Sequence record: SRR31156797_10280
Strand: one strand, 5' to 3'
Length of the DNA: 41,240 bases
Shown one piece after another: positions 9,098 to 19,888 of the stretch. Position numbers and translations under genes: made by a program. The notes beneath the pieces were generated by a model, which was given only the letters and a program-made list of their open reading frames with translations, was not told the DNA's origin and made no database searches. Numbering within the stretch: the first letter of the stretch is position 1; every line of letters begins with the position of its first letter.

Positions 9098-9879
9098 ACC
9101 TATTCATAAGAGATGAGAGGTATCCATTCGTTGAACTTAGACGGACAGAGGACAATCCTGTCCCTTTCAAACCGCACTCACACGGTGAGCTTCTGTCCAT
9201 AGGTGCGGAGTACGACGGCGAGACTGTCATGACATGTGACGGTGAGGATATTCACCTTAAAGCTGGCGATGTGGTTTTTTTCAACCCTAATGTTATGCAT
9301 AGCTGTAACCCTGAGAAGGGTAAAACCCGCTCTTACTGGATGATGCATCTCGATACTGAGTGGTGTGCCGAGATTCAGCGTGGTATCTTTTCACACGATG
9401 GTGGCTATCTTCCTGTTGATGTAAGACTTCTGAATGATCGTGGGCTATTCGAAGATTTTTGCGCTATATGTGAGGCTTTCCCTGACGACGGGGTAGATGA
9501 TCTTGTGAGATTTCTATCATCGATATTTGAGAGTTACTGCTCATTACAGCTTCGTCCTGATATACCTTCTATATTGATCTCTGAGGTGGCTGAATATATC
9601 TCAGATAATCGGTACGGGAATATCTCACTTGAGGAGCTGGCAGATAAATTCCGCCAGAATAAATTCCACCTGCTTCGCTCATTCCGCTCTGTTTACGGTC
9701 TCCCTCCTCACGCTTATCAGATGGATATAAGAGTTCTTCGGGCTAAGGAGCTTCTGAAATCCGGTATGGCGATAGCAGATGTCGCTCTTGAAACTGGCTT
9801 TACCGATCAGTCTCACTTCCACAGAGTTTTCAAAAAACACACAGCAGCAACCCCCGGCGAGTATGTGAAAGGTCAATAA
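9094..9879 (+). CDS. AraC-family transcriptional regulator
   Basis: N-terminal cupin (PHSH, HSC) and C-terminal double HTH GFTDQSHFHRVFK. GTGA overlap with the upstream gene. Confidence 0.92.
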   Translation: MNLFIRDERYPFVELRRTEDNPVPFKPHSHGELLSIGAEYDGETVMTCDGEDIHLKAGDVVFFNPNVMHSCNPEKGKTRSYWMMHLDTEWCAEIQRGIFSHDGGYLPVDVRLLNDRGLFEDFCAICEAFPDDGVDDLVRFLSSIFESYCSLQLRPDIPSILISEVAEYISDNRYGNISLEELADKFRQNKFHLLRSFRSVYGLPPHAYQMDIRVLRAKELLKSGMAIADVALETGFTDQSHFHRVFKKHTAATPGEYVKGQ

Positions 9880-9917
9880 CGTACAATTTTTTTTCAGCTT
9901 ATCTCTTCATAGTTAAT

Positions 9918-9978
9918 GTCATCCTGAGTGAGACGAAGGATCTGAAGTCATCAGGCTCTTTATTAAACTCAGAGTGAT
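9918..9978. repeat. REP-like palindromic element, family A
   Basis: GTCATCCTGAG...CGAAGGATCT...CTCAGAGTGAT. Ends shared with the copy at 16777-16862. Confidence 0.7.
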
Positions 9979-10001
9979 TAATGTTATGTGGGGATATTTC
10001 T

Positions 10002-10610
10002 ATGACCGAGTTCACATCTATCGCTTTGGCACACTTTCTCGCACTGATAAGCCCGGGACCTGATTTTTTCATAATCATATCTGTGGCACTTCGTAACGGT
10101 TCACTCAGAGCGTCGTGGACTTGTCTGGGTATAGCTATTGCAAACGGTGTCTATATCATTTTTGCGCTGGTCGGCTTTACGCTGGTGCGTGAGCATGTCT
10201 GGCTCCTGAATGTTATCAAGGTGTGCGGTGCGCTATTTCTCTGCTATATCGGTGTGATGCTTATCAGGTCAAGCAGACGTGAGCTTTTCGAAGGTGTAGA
10301 GGCGGCAGATGGCGAGAGCAGGGCGGTGAAGCTTTTCACCACAGGCTTTATGTCTGGTATCCTTAACCCGAAGAACCAGATATTCTATATAACCCTCTAT
10401 AGTCTTTTTGTAAGCTCAAGCACAACGTCGTCTGTTCAGATGCTCTACGGCTTATGGATGTTTTCCGTGGTTCTCCTCTGGGATATATTCATCGCCTTCT
10501 CTATTGGCAACAGGCTGGTGAGGAATATTCTTGACTCATATACCTTTAGAATAGAGCAGTTTTCAGGAGGTATAATCATAGCACTCGGAGTTTTTATTAT
10601 TTTTCAGTAA
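10002..10610 (+). CDS. LysE/RhtB family amino-acid exporter
   Basis: SPGPDF and LNPK motifs, hydrophobic. GGGGA SD before ATG 10002. Confidence 0.92.
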   Translation: MTEFTSIALAHFLALISPGPDFFIIISVALRNGSLRASWTCLGIAIANGVYIIFALVGFTLVREHVWLLNVIKVCGALFLCYIGVMLIRSSRRELFEGVEAADGESRAVKLFTTGFMSGILNPKNQIFYITLYSLFVSSSTTSSVQMLYGLWMFSVVLLWDIFIAFSIGNRLVRNILDSYTFRIEQFSGGIIIALGVFIIFQ

Positions 10611-10618
10611 TAGTGGGC

Positions 10619-10648
10619 TTGCTTAAATGTATAGACATTTAGTAAAAT
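10619..10648 (+). promoter_or_regulatory. sigma70 promoter, probably giving a leaderless mRNA
   Basis: TTGCTT-18-TAAAAT, 6 nt before ATG 10655, with no SD. Confidence 0.55.
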
Positions 10649-10654
10649 AGACAG

Positions 10655-11767
10655 ATGAATGAGATACAAACCGTAATAATATTTTTTACATTCTTATTTG
10701 CGGGCAGTCTTTTATATTCTGCCAAAAAGAAGCGCGAGTCACTTTTCAGCTTCCTTGTGAATCTGGAGCTTGAATACGTGGTGGTTGGTCTTGTCCTCTT
10801 TTATATGACAGATAAGTTGCCTATGCCGATGAGCACTTTAAACGGTATAATGCATCTGCTGCTCGCTTTCATGGGGCTTGCACTCGGTACACATTTCAGT
10901 CTTAAGCTACTTATGGGAGTGCCGAGCAGGTTTTACAGTTATACTATTACTGTATATCTAGTTATGCTTCCGCCACTTTATTTCCTTTTAAAATACACCG
11001 GATGCGCTAATCCGCTTATCATGTCGATAGCACTTAATACACTCATGCCTTACTCTTTGAACCTGTCGATGAAGCTTTTCCGTGTGCCGAAGGATAAGGT
11101 ATTCGTTTCAAATCTAACGTCATCACTCTTCCCGCTGGCTACTTTAATCACTTATAGTATAGCCGCAGGAGCTGTTGACTACAGACCTTTTGATTTTATG
11201 AAGTCCATGGTTGCGGCATTCCTTATGTCTACCCTTTTTCTTCATTACGGAAAGTCAAAATCTAAGAAAAATGTTCACAATCTGAGTATTCTTTTTGTGG
11301 TGCTTATTTCAGGTATAGCAATATATTACAAGATTTCTCCTCTGGTGCTCGGTTTTCTCACAGGCTTTATTAAATCCGACACTAAGTATGGTAATATTTT
11401 TCAGAACATATCTATAAGTTTCGAGCGTATTTTATATATTTTCTTTTACGTGGTGCTCGGTGTTATGCTCGGCTATGGTTTTAAGCAGGGGCTGACTTCG
11501 GTGCCGAATGCGGTTGGTATGTATATATGCTTTGTTGTTGTTCGTGTGTTCTTTGCAAAATTCCTCGCTAATAAGATTATGCCGACTAAGGACGAGTGTA
11601 TATGCCTTATCTCTACGGGTATTTTGCCCGCAGTGCTTATGCTCGATTTTGGCACACGTCACGGTTATGACAGCATCGCAAAGCTATTTGTTCCTTTCTT
11701 CCTGTTACATCTGGCAACTGAGATAACAACATATTTTATGGTTAAAAATGAAAGAAAAACTGATTGA
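10655..11767 (+). CDS. Polytopic membrane protein, probably a divergent cation/H+ antiporter (CPA) homologue
   Basis: About 11-12 hydrophobic segments, ISPLVLGF..G and ERILYIFFYV..G resemble CPA helices. Overlaps the next antiporter gene by 20 nt. Confidence 0.6.
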   Translation: MNEIQTVIIFFTFLFAGSLLYSAKKKRESLFSFLVNLELEYVVVGLVLFYMTDKLPMPMSTLNGIMHLLLAFMGLALGTHFSLKLLMGVPSRFYSYTITVYLVMLPPLYFLLKYTGCANPLIMSIALNTLMPYSLNLSMKLFRVPKDKVFVSNLTSSLFPLATLITYSIAAGAVDYRPFDFMKSMVAAFLMSTLFLHYGKSKSKKNVHNLSILFVVLISGIAIYYKISPLVLGFLTGFIKSDTKYGNIFQNISISFERILYIFFYVVLGVMLGYGFKQGLTSVPNAVGMYICFVVVRVFFAKFLANKIMPTKDECICLISTGILPAVLMLDFGTRHGYDSIAKLFVPFFLLHLATEITTYFMVKNERKTD

Positions 11768-12998
11768 TATACTGTCTTTGACAGCAGGACTTTTTTTATT
11801 GTACCTAATACAGACAACTGGAGTCTCAGAGCGTCCTGAGTCACTTTTTATGGTGTTTGGTATAGCTCTCTTTATGGCTTTTGTCTCGGGTAGGCTCCTC
11901 GGCAGTTTCGGTCTGCCCTCTATCACAAGCTTTCTCCTTATGGGGGTTCTGCTGGGGCCTTATGTGATGAATGTTTTCACTACTGATATGATAAATGAGC
12001 TTCGCTTTGTGGACGATGTGGCGCTTAGCATCATCGCCATGACAGCGGGCGGAGAGATAAATTTCCGTAACAGCCGTATAAATCTGGGAAAGGCCGGTAT
12101 ATTTGTTGTTATACAGGTACTGGTGATATTTTTTATGGTTTTCGGTGTGCTTATGGTTACAAAAAATCTCTTCCCGCAGGGGATATTTGTTTCGATGGCG
12201 GGTGTTGTTTTCATGGCTGTGATAGCGAATGCTACGTCACCGTCAACCACTGTGGCGGTTATCATCGAGTCTGAGGCGAAGGGTAAGATGACTGACTACA
12301 CCCTCACCAGTGCGATCATGAAAGATATCCTTATCATAGTGATGTTTGCATTTTTTCTTTCAATATACAGCTCCAGCGGAGATGTGACTGTGGGCTCTGT
12401 GATAATGAAAGAGACTTTATCAATGTTTGCAGGTTTTATCCTTAGCATAATTGTAATCGCTTATAAGAAATATGTTGGCGCTAATCAGGGTGTTTTCATA
12501 ATACTGTTTACGATAGTAATGACTTGGCTGGCTAAAAGTATGCACCTTAACCCGCTTCTGGTATTCCTTTTTGCTGGTATAGGTGTGAACAACTTTTCCA
12601 AATTTGGTCATTCACTCGTCCAGAATATCGAGGATAATTCAGGAATTATTTATCTGATCTTCTTTTTCATCGCTGGGACGGTGGTTAACCTCCCTGCCCT
12701 TAAGGTTATGTGGGCGGCGGCTCTCGGCATAGTTTTACTCCGTACATTTGCGACATTCGCTGGCTGCTTCATAGGCGGGATGGCTATTAAAGAAGATAAA
12801 TATATAAAGAACTATTCATTTCTTGGTTTTATAGGTCAGGCTGGGGTCAGTATTGGCTTTGCGAAGATTATCGGTGCGAGCTTTGACGGCTGGGGTGTTC
12901 AGTTTCAGACGCTTGTTCTTGCTATAGTCGCTATCAATCAGATAGTGGGGCCTATCGGTTTCAAGTGGGCTCTTAGAAAAGCTGGCGAAGCAGGTTAG
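11748..12998 (+). CDS. Cation/H+ antiporter (Na_H_Exchanger family) without cytoplasmic domain
   Basis: GLPSITSFLLMGVLLGP, AGGE, ATSPSTTVAV, KD, IFFFIAG, QAGVSIG motifs. Confidence 0.85.
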   Translation: MKEKLIDILSLTAGLFLLYLIQTTGVSERPESLFMVFGIALFMAFVSGRLLGSFGLPSITSFLLMGVLLGPYVMNVFTTDMINELRFVDDVALSIIAMTAGGEINFRNSRINLGKAGIFVVIQVLVIFFMVFGVLMVTKNLFPQGIFVSMAGVVFMAVIANATSPSTTVAVIIESEAKGKMTDYTLTSAIMKDILIIVMFAFFLSIYSSSGDVTVGSVIMKETLSMFAGFILSIIVIAYKKYVGANQGVFIILFTIVMTWLAKSMHLNPLLVFLFAGIGVNNFSKFGHSLVQNIEDNSGIIYLIFFFIAGTVVNLPALKVMWAAALGIVLLRTFATFAGCFIGGMAIKEDKYIKNYSFLGFIGQAGVSIGFAKIIGASFDGWGVQFQTLVLAIVAINQIVGPIGFKWALRKAGEAG

Positions 12999-13005
12999 TA
13001 CCTGC

Positions 13006-13073
13006 TGGCTTGTCACTACACTGTGAATCTAATGTGTTATCCCTCGTTTTAACCTCTCGATGGTCGCTTAAAG
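13006..13073 (+). repeat. Intergenic repeat family B, copy 1
   Basis: TGGCTTGTCACTACACTGTGAATC...CCTCGTTTTA..CCTC...GTCGCTTAAAG, alignable by eye with 13511-13578 and 14118-14183. Confidence 0.65.
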
Positions 13074-13148
13074 CGGCTTTTACTTTACAAATGCAGGCAT
13101 TATCAATATATATGTAACAACTAAAAGTAAAATTTCAGGAGAATATAG

Positions 13149-13496
13149 ATGATCATCAGAGGAAGCGAACTAGACCAACAGACAATGGAAAAGCCGAGAG
13201 GCGGAGAAGGGAAAGCGGTCAGAATGGCTTATGAGGCGGCGGCAGGCTTTAACGGTGAGGTTACAAACTTCGCTATGATGCAGCTTGAGCCGGGCAGCTC
13301 CATAGGTTATCACAAGCATGAGGGAGATATGGAGATGTATCTCATCCTCGACGGTAGCGGTGCGGCTAATGATAACGGTCAGGTTGACAGGCTTAACGCC
13401 GGCGACCTTATGATTACGAAAGATGGCGAGAGCCACTCACTCACTAATGACACTGGCGAGGCACTTACGTTCCTTGCGGTTATTATCAAACACTAG
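13149..13496 (+). CDS. Cupin domain protein
   Basis: PGSSIGYHKHEGDMEMY and GESHSLTN cupin metal motifs, AGGAG SD. Confidence 0.88.
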   Translation: MIIRGSELDQQTMEKPRGGEGKAVRMAYEAAAGFNGEVTNFAMMQLEPGSSIGYHKHEGDMEMYLILDGSGAANDNGQVDRLNAGDLMITKDGESHSLTNDTGEALTFLAVIIKH

Positions 13497-13510
13497 TGTG
13501 TAGCACCCAC

Positions 13511-13578
13511 AGGCATATCACGATACTGAGAACCTGTGCTGAATGCCTCGTTTTACGCCTCCTGTTTGTCGGCTAAAG
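13511..13578 (+). repeat. Intergenic repeat family B, copy 2
   Basis: AGGCATATCACGATACTGAGAACC...CCTCGTTTTACGCCTC...GTCGGCTAAAG. Confidence 0.7.
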
Positions 13579-13696
13579 AGTAATTAGTTGTATAGTTGTT
13601 AATATTCATTGGCTGACACTTAAAGGTCTTGATTATAGCAGTTCATTGTGATAATGAATCTTGCTAACTAAAAAATAATTTATATGGAGATATAAA

Positions 13697-14110
13697 ATGG
13701 AAAGAACTTTTGCAATCATCAAACCAGACGCAACAGCAGCAGGAAACGCTGGTGCTATCCTTACAAGAATCGAAAAAGAAGGTTTTAAAGTAATCGGTCT
13801 TAAAAAGATTCACCTTTCAAAGAAAGAGGCTGAAGGCTTCTACGCTGTACACGCTGAGAGACCTTTTTACGGCGAACTCACAGACTTCATGTGCTCAGGT
13901 CCATGTATAGTTATGATCCTCGAGAAAGAGGGTGCGATCAAAGCTTGGAGAGATCTTATGGGCGCTACTAACCCTAAAGACGCTGAGGAAGGCACACTTA
14001 GAAAAGAGTTCGGTGCTAGCATCGACAATAACGCTACACACGGTTCTGATGCTACAGATACAGCCGCTTACGAGATGGCTTTCTTCTTCTCAGAACTCGA
14101 ACTCGTTTAA
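13697..14110 (+). CDS. ndk: Nucleoside diphosphate kinase
   Basis: ERTFAIIKPD, FY..H..RPF, GATNP, NATHGSD. Confidence 0.98.
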   Translation: MERTFAIIKPDATAAGNAGAILTRIEKEGFKVIGLKKIHLSKKEAEGFYAVHAERPFYGELTDFMCSGPCIVMILEKEGAIKAWRDLMGATNPKDAEEGTLRKEFGASIDNNATHGSDATDTAAYEMAFFFSELELV

Positions 14111-14117
14111 CAACGAG

Positions 14118-14202
14118 AGGCGTATCACAATACTGTGAACGTGGTCTGAGAACCTAGTTTTTCGGCTCATGATATTCGCCTAATTTTGTATTATGATAAA
14201 CC
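14118..14202 (+). mobile_element. Repeat family B, copy 3: MITE-like element with imperfect terminal inverted repeats
   Basis: GGCGTATCACAATAC (14119-14133) versus GTATTATGATAAACC (14188-14202), 12/15 inverted match. Confidence 0.55.
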
Positions 14203-14225
14203 AAGGGGGCATTGCCCCCTTTTGG
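14201..14225 (+). terminator. Intrinsic terminator after ndk
   Basis: AAGGGGGC-ATT-GCCCCCTT followed by T residues. Confidence 0.7.
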
Positions 14226-14236
14226 TGTTTAATGGA

Positions 14237-14347
14237 GTATCTAGCCGCAGGACAGCGGCTCACGGAGCGAACCGGAGTTAAGCTTTTGCTTACGAAGGTT
14301 TCAGCAGAGTGAAAGTGAAGCCTCGACTTGTTGAGGCGTAACGATAC
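14237..14347. repeat. Multi-hairpin structured intergenic element upstream of thrC
   Basis: Hairpins AGCCGC/GCGGCT, TAAGC/GCTTA and GCCTCGAC/GTTGAGGC, closed by GTATC/GATAC. Confidence 0.5.
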
Positions 14348-14390
14348 ATAAAAATTTTAGGACTAAATTTTTATGCAGGAGTGGTTAATT

Positions 14391-15764
14391 ATGAACTATA
14401 TCAGCACAAGAGGACAGACAGGCAAGGTCGCATTCAAAGATGCCGTTATGATGGGGCTCGCAGAGGATGGGGGACTCCTTTTACCGGAATCCGTACCGTC
14501 AATCGCCGGCAGATTAGAGGAACTCGCTGGGCTTACTTATAATGAGCTTGCTTATGAGATTATCTCTCTATTCGCTACCGACATCCCTGAAACCGACCTG
14601 AAAGAGCTGATCAGTAAGAGCTACTCTACATTTGAAACATCTGAGGTTGCTCCAGTTGTTAAGAAGGGTGACGTATACATTCAGGAACTCTTTCACGGCC
14701 CGACATTCGCATTCAAAGACGTCGCACTCCAGCTTCTCGGAAATCTTTTTGAGTACATACTCAAAGAGCGTAACGAACAGTTGAATATTATCGGTGCAAC
14801 ATCCGGCGATACTGGTTCGGCGGCTATCTATGGTGTTCGTGGCAAGGATAATATCAATATATTTATCCTTCACCCGAAAGGTCGTGTTTCCGCTGTTCAA
14901 GAGATGCAGATGACATCTGTAACAGACGAAAACGTTTACAACCTCGCCATCGAGGGGACTTTTGACGATGCACAGGATATAGTTAAAGCGGCTTTCGGTG
15001 ATATAGATTATAAGAAGAAATATAAGCTCGGTGCGGTAAATTCTATCAACTGGGCGAGAGTTCTTGCTCAGATCGTTTACTACTTCTACGGCTATTTTCA
15101 GGCTCAGAAGCAGGGCGCAGAAAACGTACGTTTTGTGGTGCCGACAGGCAACTTCGGAAACATCTTTGCTGGCTACTTCGCTAAGCAGATGGGGCTTCCG
15201 CTTGATAAGATCATTCTCGCTACTAACGAAAATAACATCCTCTCACGCTTCATCGCTGACGGCGACTACAGCACAAAGGATGTCGTCCAGACATACAGCC
15301 CTTCTATGGACATTCAGATCGCTTCTAACTTTGAGCGTTATCTATACTTCCTGCTTGGCAAGGATTCTTCAGCCGTTTGTGCGAAGATGGACGAGCTTAA
15401 GGCTAATGGCAAGATGACATTCTCCGCCTCTGATATGGAGAAGGTGCACGCAGAATTCGGTACATTTTCCACATCTAACGAGCTGACAGAGAAGACTATC
15501 AAGACATTTTTTGATGATACTGACTATGTCCTCGACCCGCACACAGCATGCGGTGTGGCGGCGGCTACCGTTATGGCTGATGCTGATTATGTTTGCCTCT
15601 CAACAGCTCATCCGGCGAAATTCCCGGATGTGGTAGAGAAAACGACAGGCAAACCACCTGTGAAACCGGAAGGGATCGCAAAGCTCGAAGCACTCGATAA
15701 GAAATGCATAACAATTGATAACGACCTTCAGAAGGTAAAAGATTTCGTAGCTTCAAATGTGTGA
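14391..15764 (+). CDS. thrC: Threonine synthase
   Basis: MNYISTRG start (AGGAG SD), LFHGPTFAFKD PLP lysine, ATSGDTG, NSINWAR, PTGNFGN, TAHPAKF. Confidence 0.97.
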   Translation: MNYISTRGQTGKVAFKDAVMMGLAEDGGLLLPESVPSIAGRLEELAGLTYNELAYEIISLFATDIPETDLKELISKSYSTFETSEVAPVVKKGDVYIQELFHGPTFAFKDVALQLLGNLFEYILKERNEQLNIIGATSGDTGSAAIYGVRGKDNINIFILHPKGRVSAVQEMQMTSVTDENVYNLAIEGTFDDAQDIVKAAFGDIDYKKKYKLGAVNSINWARVLAQIVYYFYGYFQAQKQGAENVRFVVPTGNFGNIFAGYFAKQMGLPLDKIILATNENNILSRFIADGDYSTKDVVQTYSPSMDIQIASNFERYLYFLLGKDSSAVCAKMDELKANGKMTFSASDMEKVHAEFGTFSTSNELTEKTIKTFFDDTDYVLDPHTACGVAAATVMADADYVCLSTAHPAKFPDVVEKTTGKPPVKPEGIAKLEALDKKCITIDNDLQKVKDFVASNV

Positions 15765-16770
15765 TAAGACACCAATTACTGACTTCGACTTTGAACTTCC
15801 TGATGAGATGATAGCGCAGCACCCTGCTGAGAAGCGTGGTACGTCCAAGCTTCTGGTGGTCAATGGCGGCTATCACGACAAAACTTTCAGTGACATAGTT
15901 GATCTCATAGACGACAATTCGTTTCTCGTGGTGAATTCCACTAAGGTGATGAAGGCTCGCCTTTACGGGCAGAAACCTACAGGTGGTCAGGTGGAAGTTC
16001 TCATCCTCGAAAAGTTATCCGACAACACGGCTATGGCTATAACCAAAGGTAAAGTCAAAGCTGGAAATCAGATAAATATAAACGGCTATAAGGCTGTGGT
16101 GAAAGAGATTCTGGAAGACGGCTCACGAATAATCGAGTTTGACTCTGATGTCAGTAAGGTTATGGAAGAGTGCGGTCACATGCCTCTCCCTCCGTATATA
16201 GAGCGTGAAGACAGCGAGGCTGATGCAGATAGATATCAGACTATCTATTCAAAAGAGGAGGGCTCTGTTGCCGCTCCGACAGCAGGTTTGCACTTCACTC
16301 CGCAGATTATGGATGCTATCAGGGCGAAAGGCGTTGAAGTGTTAGAGGTAACTCTTAACATCGGGATCGGAACATTTCGTCCGGTAAAAGCTGACTACCT
16401 TGAAGACCACGACATGCACACTGAGAAATATTTTATATCTGGTGACGTGGCGAAACGCATTAATGAACTGAAATCTGCTGGTAAATGTCTAGTAGCAGTG
16501 GGGACAACCGCTGTACGTGCTTTGGAATCCGCATCACCTGAGGGTGTGGTGGAATCTGGATACGGAGAGACTAATCTCTTTATTAAACCGGGGTATCAGT
16601 TTAGAATAATAAGTGAGCTTATAACAAACTTTCATCTACCTAAATCGACACTTTTTGTGCTGGTTAGCCAGCTTGCGGGTAGGGAGAATATGTTAGGCGC
16701 TTACGAACACGCCAAGGCTAACGATTACCGTTTCTTTAGCTACGGTGACTGTATGATGATTAGGAAATAG
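15757..16770 (+). CDS. queA: S-adenosylmethionine:tRNA ribosyltransferase-isomerase
   Basis: FDFELP..IAQHP, PLPPYI, AAPTAGLHFT, TNFHLPKSTL, YRFFSYGD. Confidence 0.97.
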   Translation: MCDKTPITDFDFELPDEMIAQHPAEKRGTSKLLVVNGGYHDKTFSDIVDLIDDNSFLVVNSTKVMKARLYGQKPTGGQVEVLILEKLSDNTAMAITKGKVKAGNQININGYKAVVKEILEDGSRIIEFDSDVSKVMEECGHMPLPPYIEREDSEADADRYQTIYSKEEGSVAAPTAGLHFTPQIMDAIRAKGVEVLEVTLNIGIGTFRPVKADYLEDHDMHTEKYFISGDVAKRINELKSAGKCLVAVGTTAVRALESASPEGVVESGYGETNLFIKPGYQFRIISELITNFHLPKSTLFVLVSQLAGRENMLGAYEHAKANDYRFFSYGDCMMIRK

Positions 16771-16776
16771 TATTTT

Positions 16777-17995
<1,219 letters not shown>

Positions 17996-18322
17996 ATGTT
18001 TAACAGTATAGCTTACGCAGCAGACGGTGCGGCTTCAGGAAGCCCACTTGCTCCTTTCATTCCACTTATCGCAATTTTCGCAATTTTTTACTTTCTGCTT
18101 ATCAGACCGCAGCAGAAGAAGCAGAAGCAGCACACTGCAATGCTTAACTCTATCGCAGTTGGTGACGAGATCATGACTGGTGGAGGTATGTACGGTAAGG
18201 TAACAAAAGTGATCGACAACAATACATTCATAGTCGAGATCGCTAGCGGTGTTACTATCAAGCTCGCTAAAAACGGTATCGCTTCAAAAGTTACTGGTGA
18301 AACAGCTGAGGAGTCTAAGTAA
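17996..18322 (+). CDS. yajC: Preprotein translocase subunit YajC
   Basis: FYFLLIRPQQKKQK, GD.I.T.GG.YG, located between tgt and secD. Confidence 0.96.
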   Translation: MFNSIAYAADGAASGSPLAPFIPLIAIFAIFYFLLIRPQQKKQKQHTAMLNSIAVGDEIMTGGGMYGKVTKVIDNNTFIVEIASGVTIKLAKNGIASKVTGETAEESK

Positions 18323-18324
18323 CA

Positions 18325-19872
18325 ATGAACCTTAAACTTCGTTGGGCCACTATTGCAATAGTAGTAGTATGGGCTCTTTTCTCGATGTTTCCGCTCAACG
18401 AGAAGCTCAAGCTCGGTCTTGACCTTCAGGGTGGAATGCATGTTGTGCTTGGTGTGGACACAGACAAGGCTGTTGAAGCTAAAGTCGAGTCCATCGCTAA
18501 TCAGCTGAGAAAGGAACTCGCATCAGAAAAAGTTGACTTCGCCTATGTGCAGAAATCTGACCAGAAGAGTGTTTCTATCTCTCTTAAGTCAGCTGATGCT
18601 TTTGAAAAGGCGAAAGAATTAGTAGCGGAAAACTACCCGTCGCTTCAGGATATCAGCATATCAACTGAGAATGTTCTCTCTTATATGCTCGATGAGAAGT
18701 CAGCGGACAGGGTTAGGGAATACGCTGTTGAGCAGTCACTTGAGGTTGTGAGAAACCGTATCGACGAATTCGGTGTTTCCGAGCCGGTCATCCAGAGACA
18801 AGGTACAGATCAGGTAGTTGTTCAGCTTCCTGGTGTTACCGATCCGGATAGGGCTATCGGGCTCATCGGTAAGACTGCACAGCTTAAATTCTATATAGTC
18901 GATGACAATGTGAGCGCAACTGATGCGCAGAGCGGGAATATCCCGTTTGACGACGTTATCCTCTATCAGAAGCAGACAGACCCTGCTACAGGTGAGGTTG
19001 TAAACCGAGTACCTTTTGTTCTTAAGAAAGACGCAGTTCTTACTGGTGAATATCTTGAGGATGCAGAGGTTAACCTCAGCAGTACATATAACACGCCAAT
19101 CGTACAGTTCAGGCTGGATGCAGCGGGGAGCAAGCTCTTCGAAGAGATCACAGGTGATAACATAGGTAACCGTATGGCTATCGTACTTGACGATAACGTT
19201 TACTCTGCTCCTGTTATCAAATCACGCATCCCTGGCGGTTCTGCATATATCGATGGTATGGATTCTATGCAAGAGGCTAAAGACCTCGCTATTGTACTGA
19301 GAGCTGGTTCACTCCCTGCTCCTGTTACCATCGAAGAGAACAGAACTGTCGGACCATCACTCGGTCAGGACTCTATCAACAGCGGTTTTAAAGCTGCTCT
19401 GATCGGTCTTTGCCTCATAGTGATTTTTATGCTCATATACTACCGATTATCCGGTGTGGTAGCGAACATCGCTCTTGCGACTAACTTCGTTATCATCCTT
19501 GGCGTTATGAGCCAGTTTGGTGCTACGCTGACACTTCCGGGTATTGCAGGTATTATCCTGACAATCGGTATGTCTGTGGACGCGAACGTTCTTATCTTTG
19601 AGCGTGTTAGGGAAGAGATCCGCATGGGTCGTACACCTCTTAACGCTCTTGAGTATGGTTATGAGAAGGCTTTCTCAACCATTATGGACGCTAACATTAC
19701 AACAATAATCGCTGCGATTGTACTCTTCCAGTTTGGTACAGGTCCTATTAAAGGATTTGCAATCACTCTGTCGATAGGTATTCTTGCATCGTTATTTACA
19801 GCTATCTTCGTTACCAAGGCTGTCTTCTGGACATTCATGGCGAACAAAGATGTGAAAAAACTGAGTATCTAG
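18325..19872 (+). CDS. secD: Protein translocase subunit SecD
   Basis: LGLDLQGG, RIDEFGVSEP, VGPSLG, LTLPGIAG, VDANVLIFER. Confidence 0.98.
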   Translation: MNLKLRWATIAIVVVWALFSMFPLNEKLKLGLDLQGGMHVVLGVDTDKAVEAKVESIANQLRKELASEKVDFAYVQKSDQKSVSISLKSADAFEKAKELVAENYPSLQDISISTENVLSYMLDEKSADRVREYAVEQSLEVVRNRIDEFGVSEPVIQRQGTDQVVVQLPGVTDPDRAIGLIGKTAQLKFYIVDDNVSATDAQSGNIPFDDVILYQKQTDPATGEVVNRVPFVLKKDAVLTGEYLEDAEVNLSSTYNTPIVQFRLDAAGSKLFEEITGDNIGNRMAIVLDDNVYSAPVIKSRIPGGSAYIDGMDSMQEAKDLAIVLRAGSLPAPVTIEENRTVGPSLGQDSINSGFKAALIGLCLIVIFMLIYYRLSGVVANIALATNFVIILGVMSQFGATLTLPGIAGIILTIGMSVDANVLIFERVREEIRMGRTPLNALEYGYEKAFSTIMDANITTIIAAIVLFQFGTGPIKGFAITLSIGILASLFTAIFVTKAVFWTFMANKDVKKLSI

Positions 19873-19888
19873 GTCGAGGTATAAATAA

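Noticed and set aside
13006-14202. Integron cassette array interpretation of the family-B repeats
   Set aside because: No RYYYAAC/GTTRRRY attC boxes, no integrase, and ndk is a core gene with its own leader.
13006-14202. CRISPR array interpretation of the family-B repeats
   Set aside because: Copies are diverged, separated by whole genes, and no cas genes are present. No CRISPR array was seen anywhere in the window.
14226-14390. Thr attenuator, T-box or lysine riboswitch ahead of thrC
   Set aside because: No Thr/Ile-rich leader peptide and none of the consensus motifs are visible.
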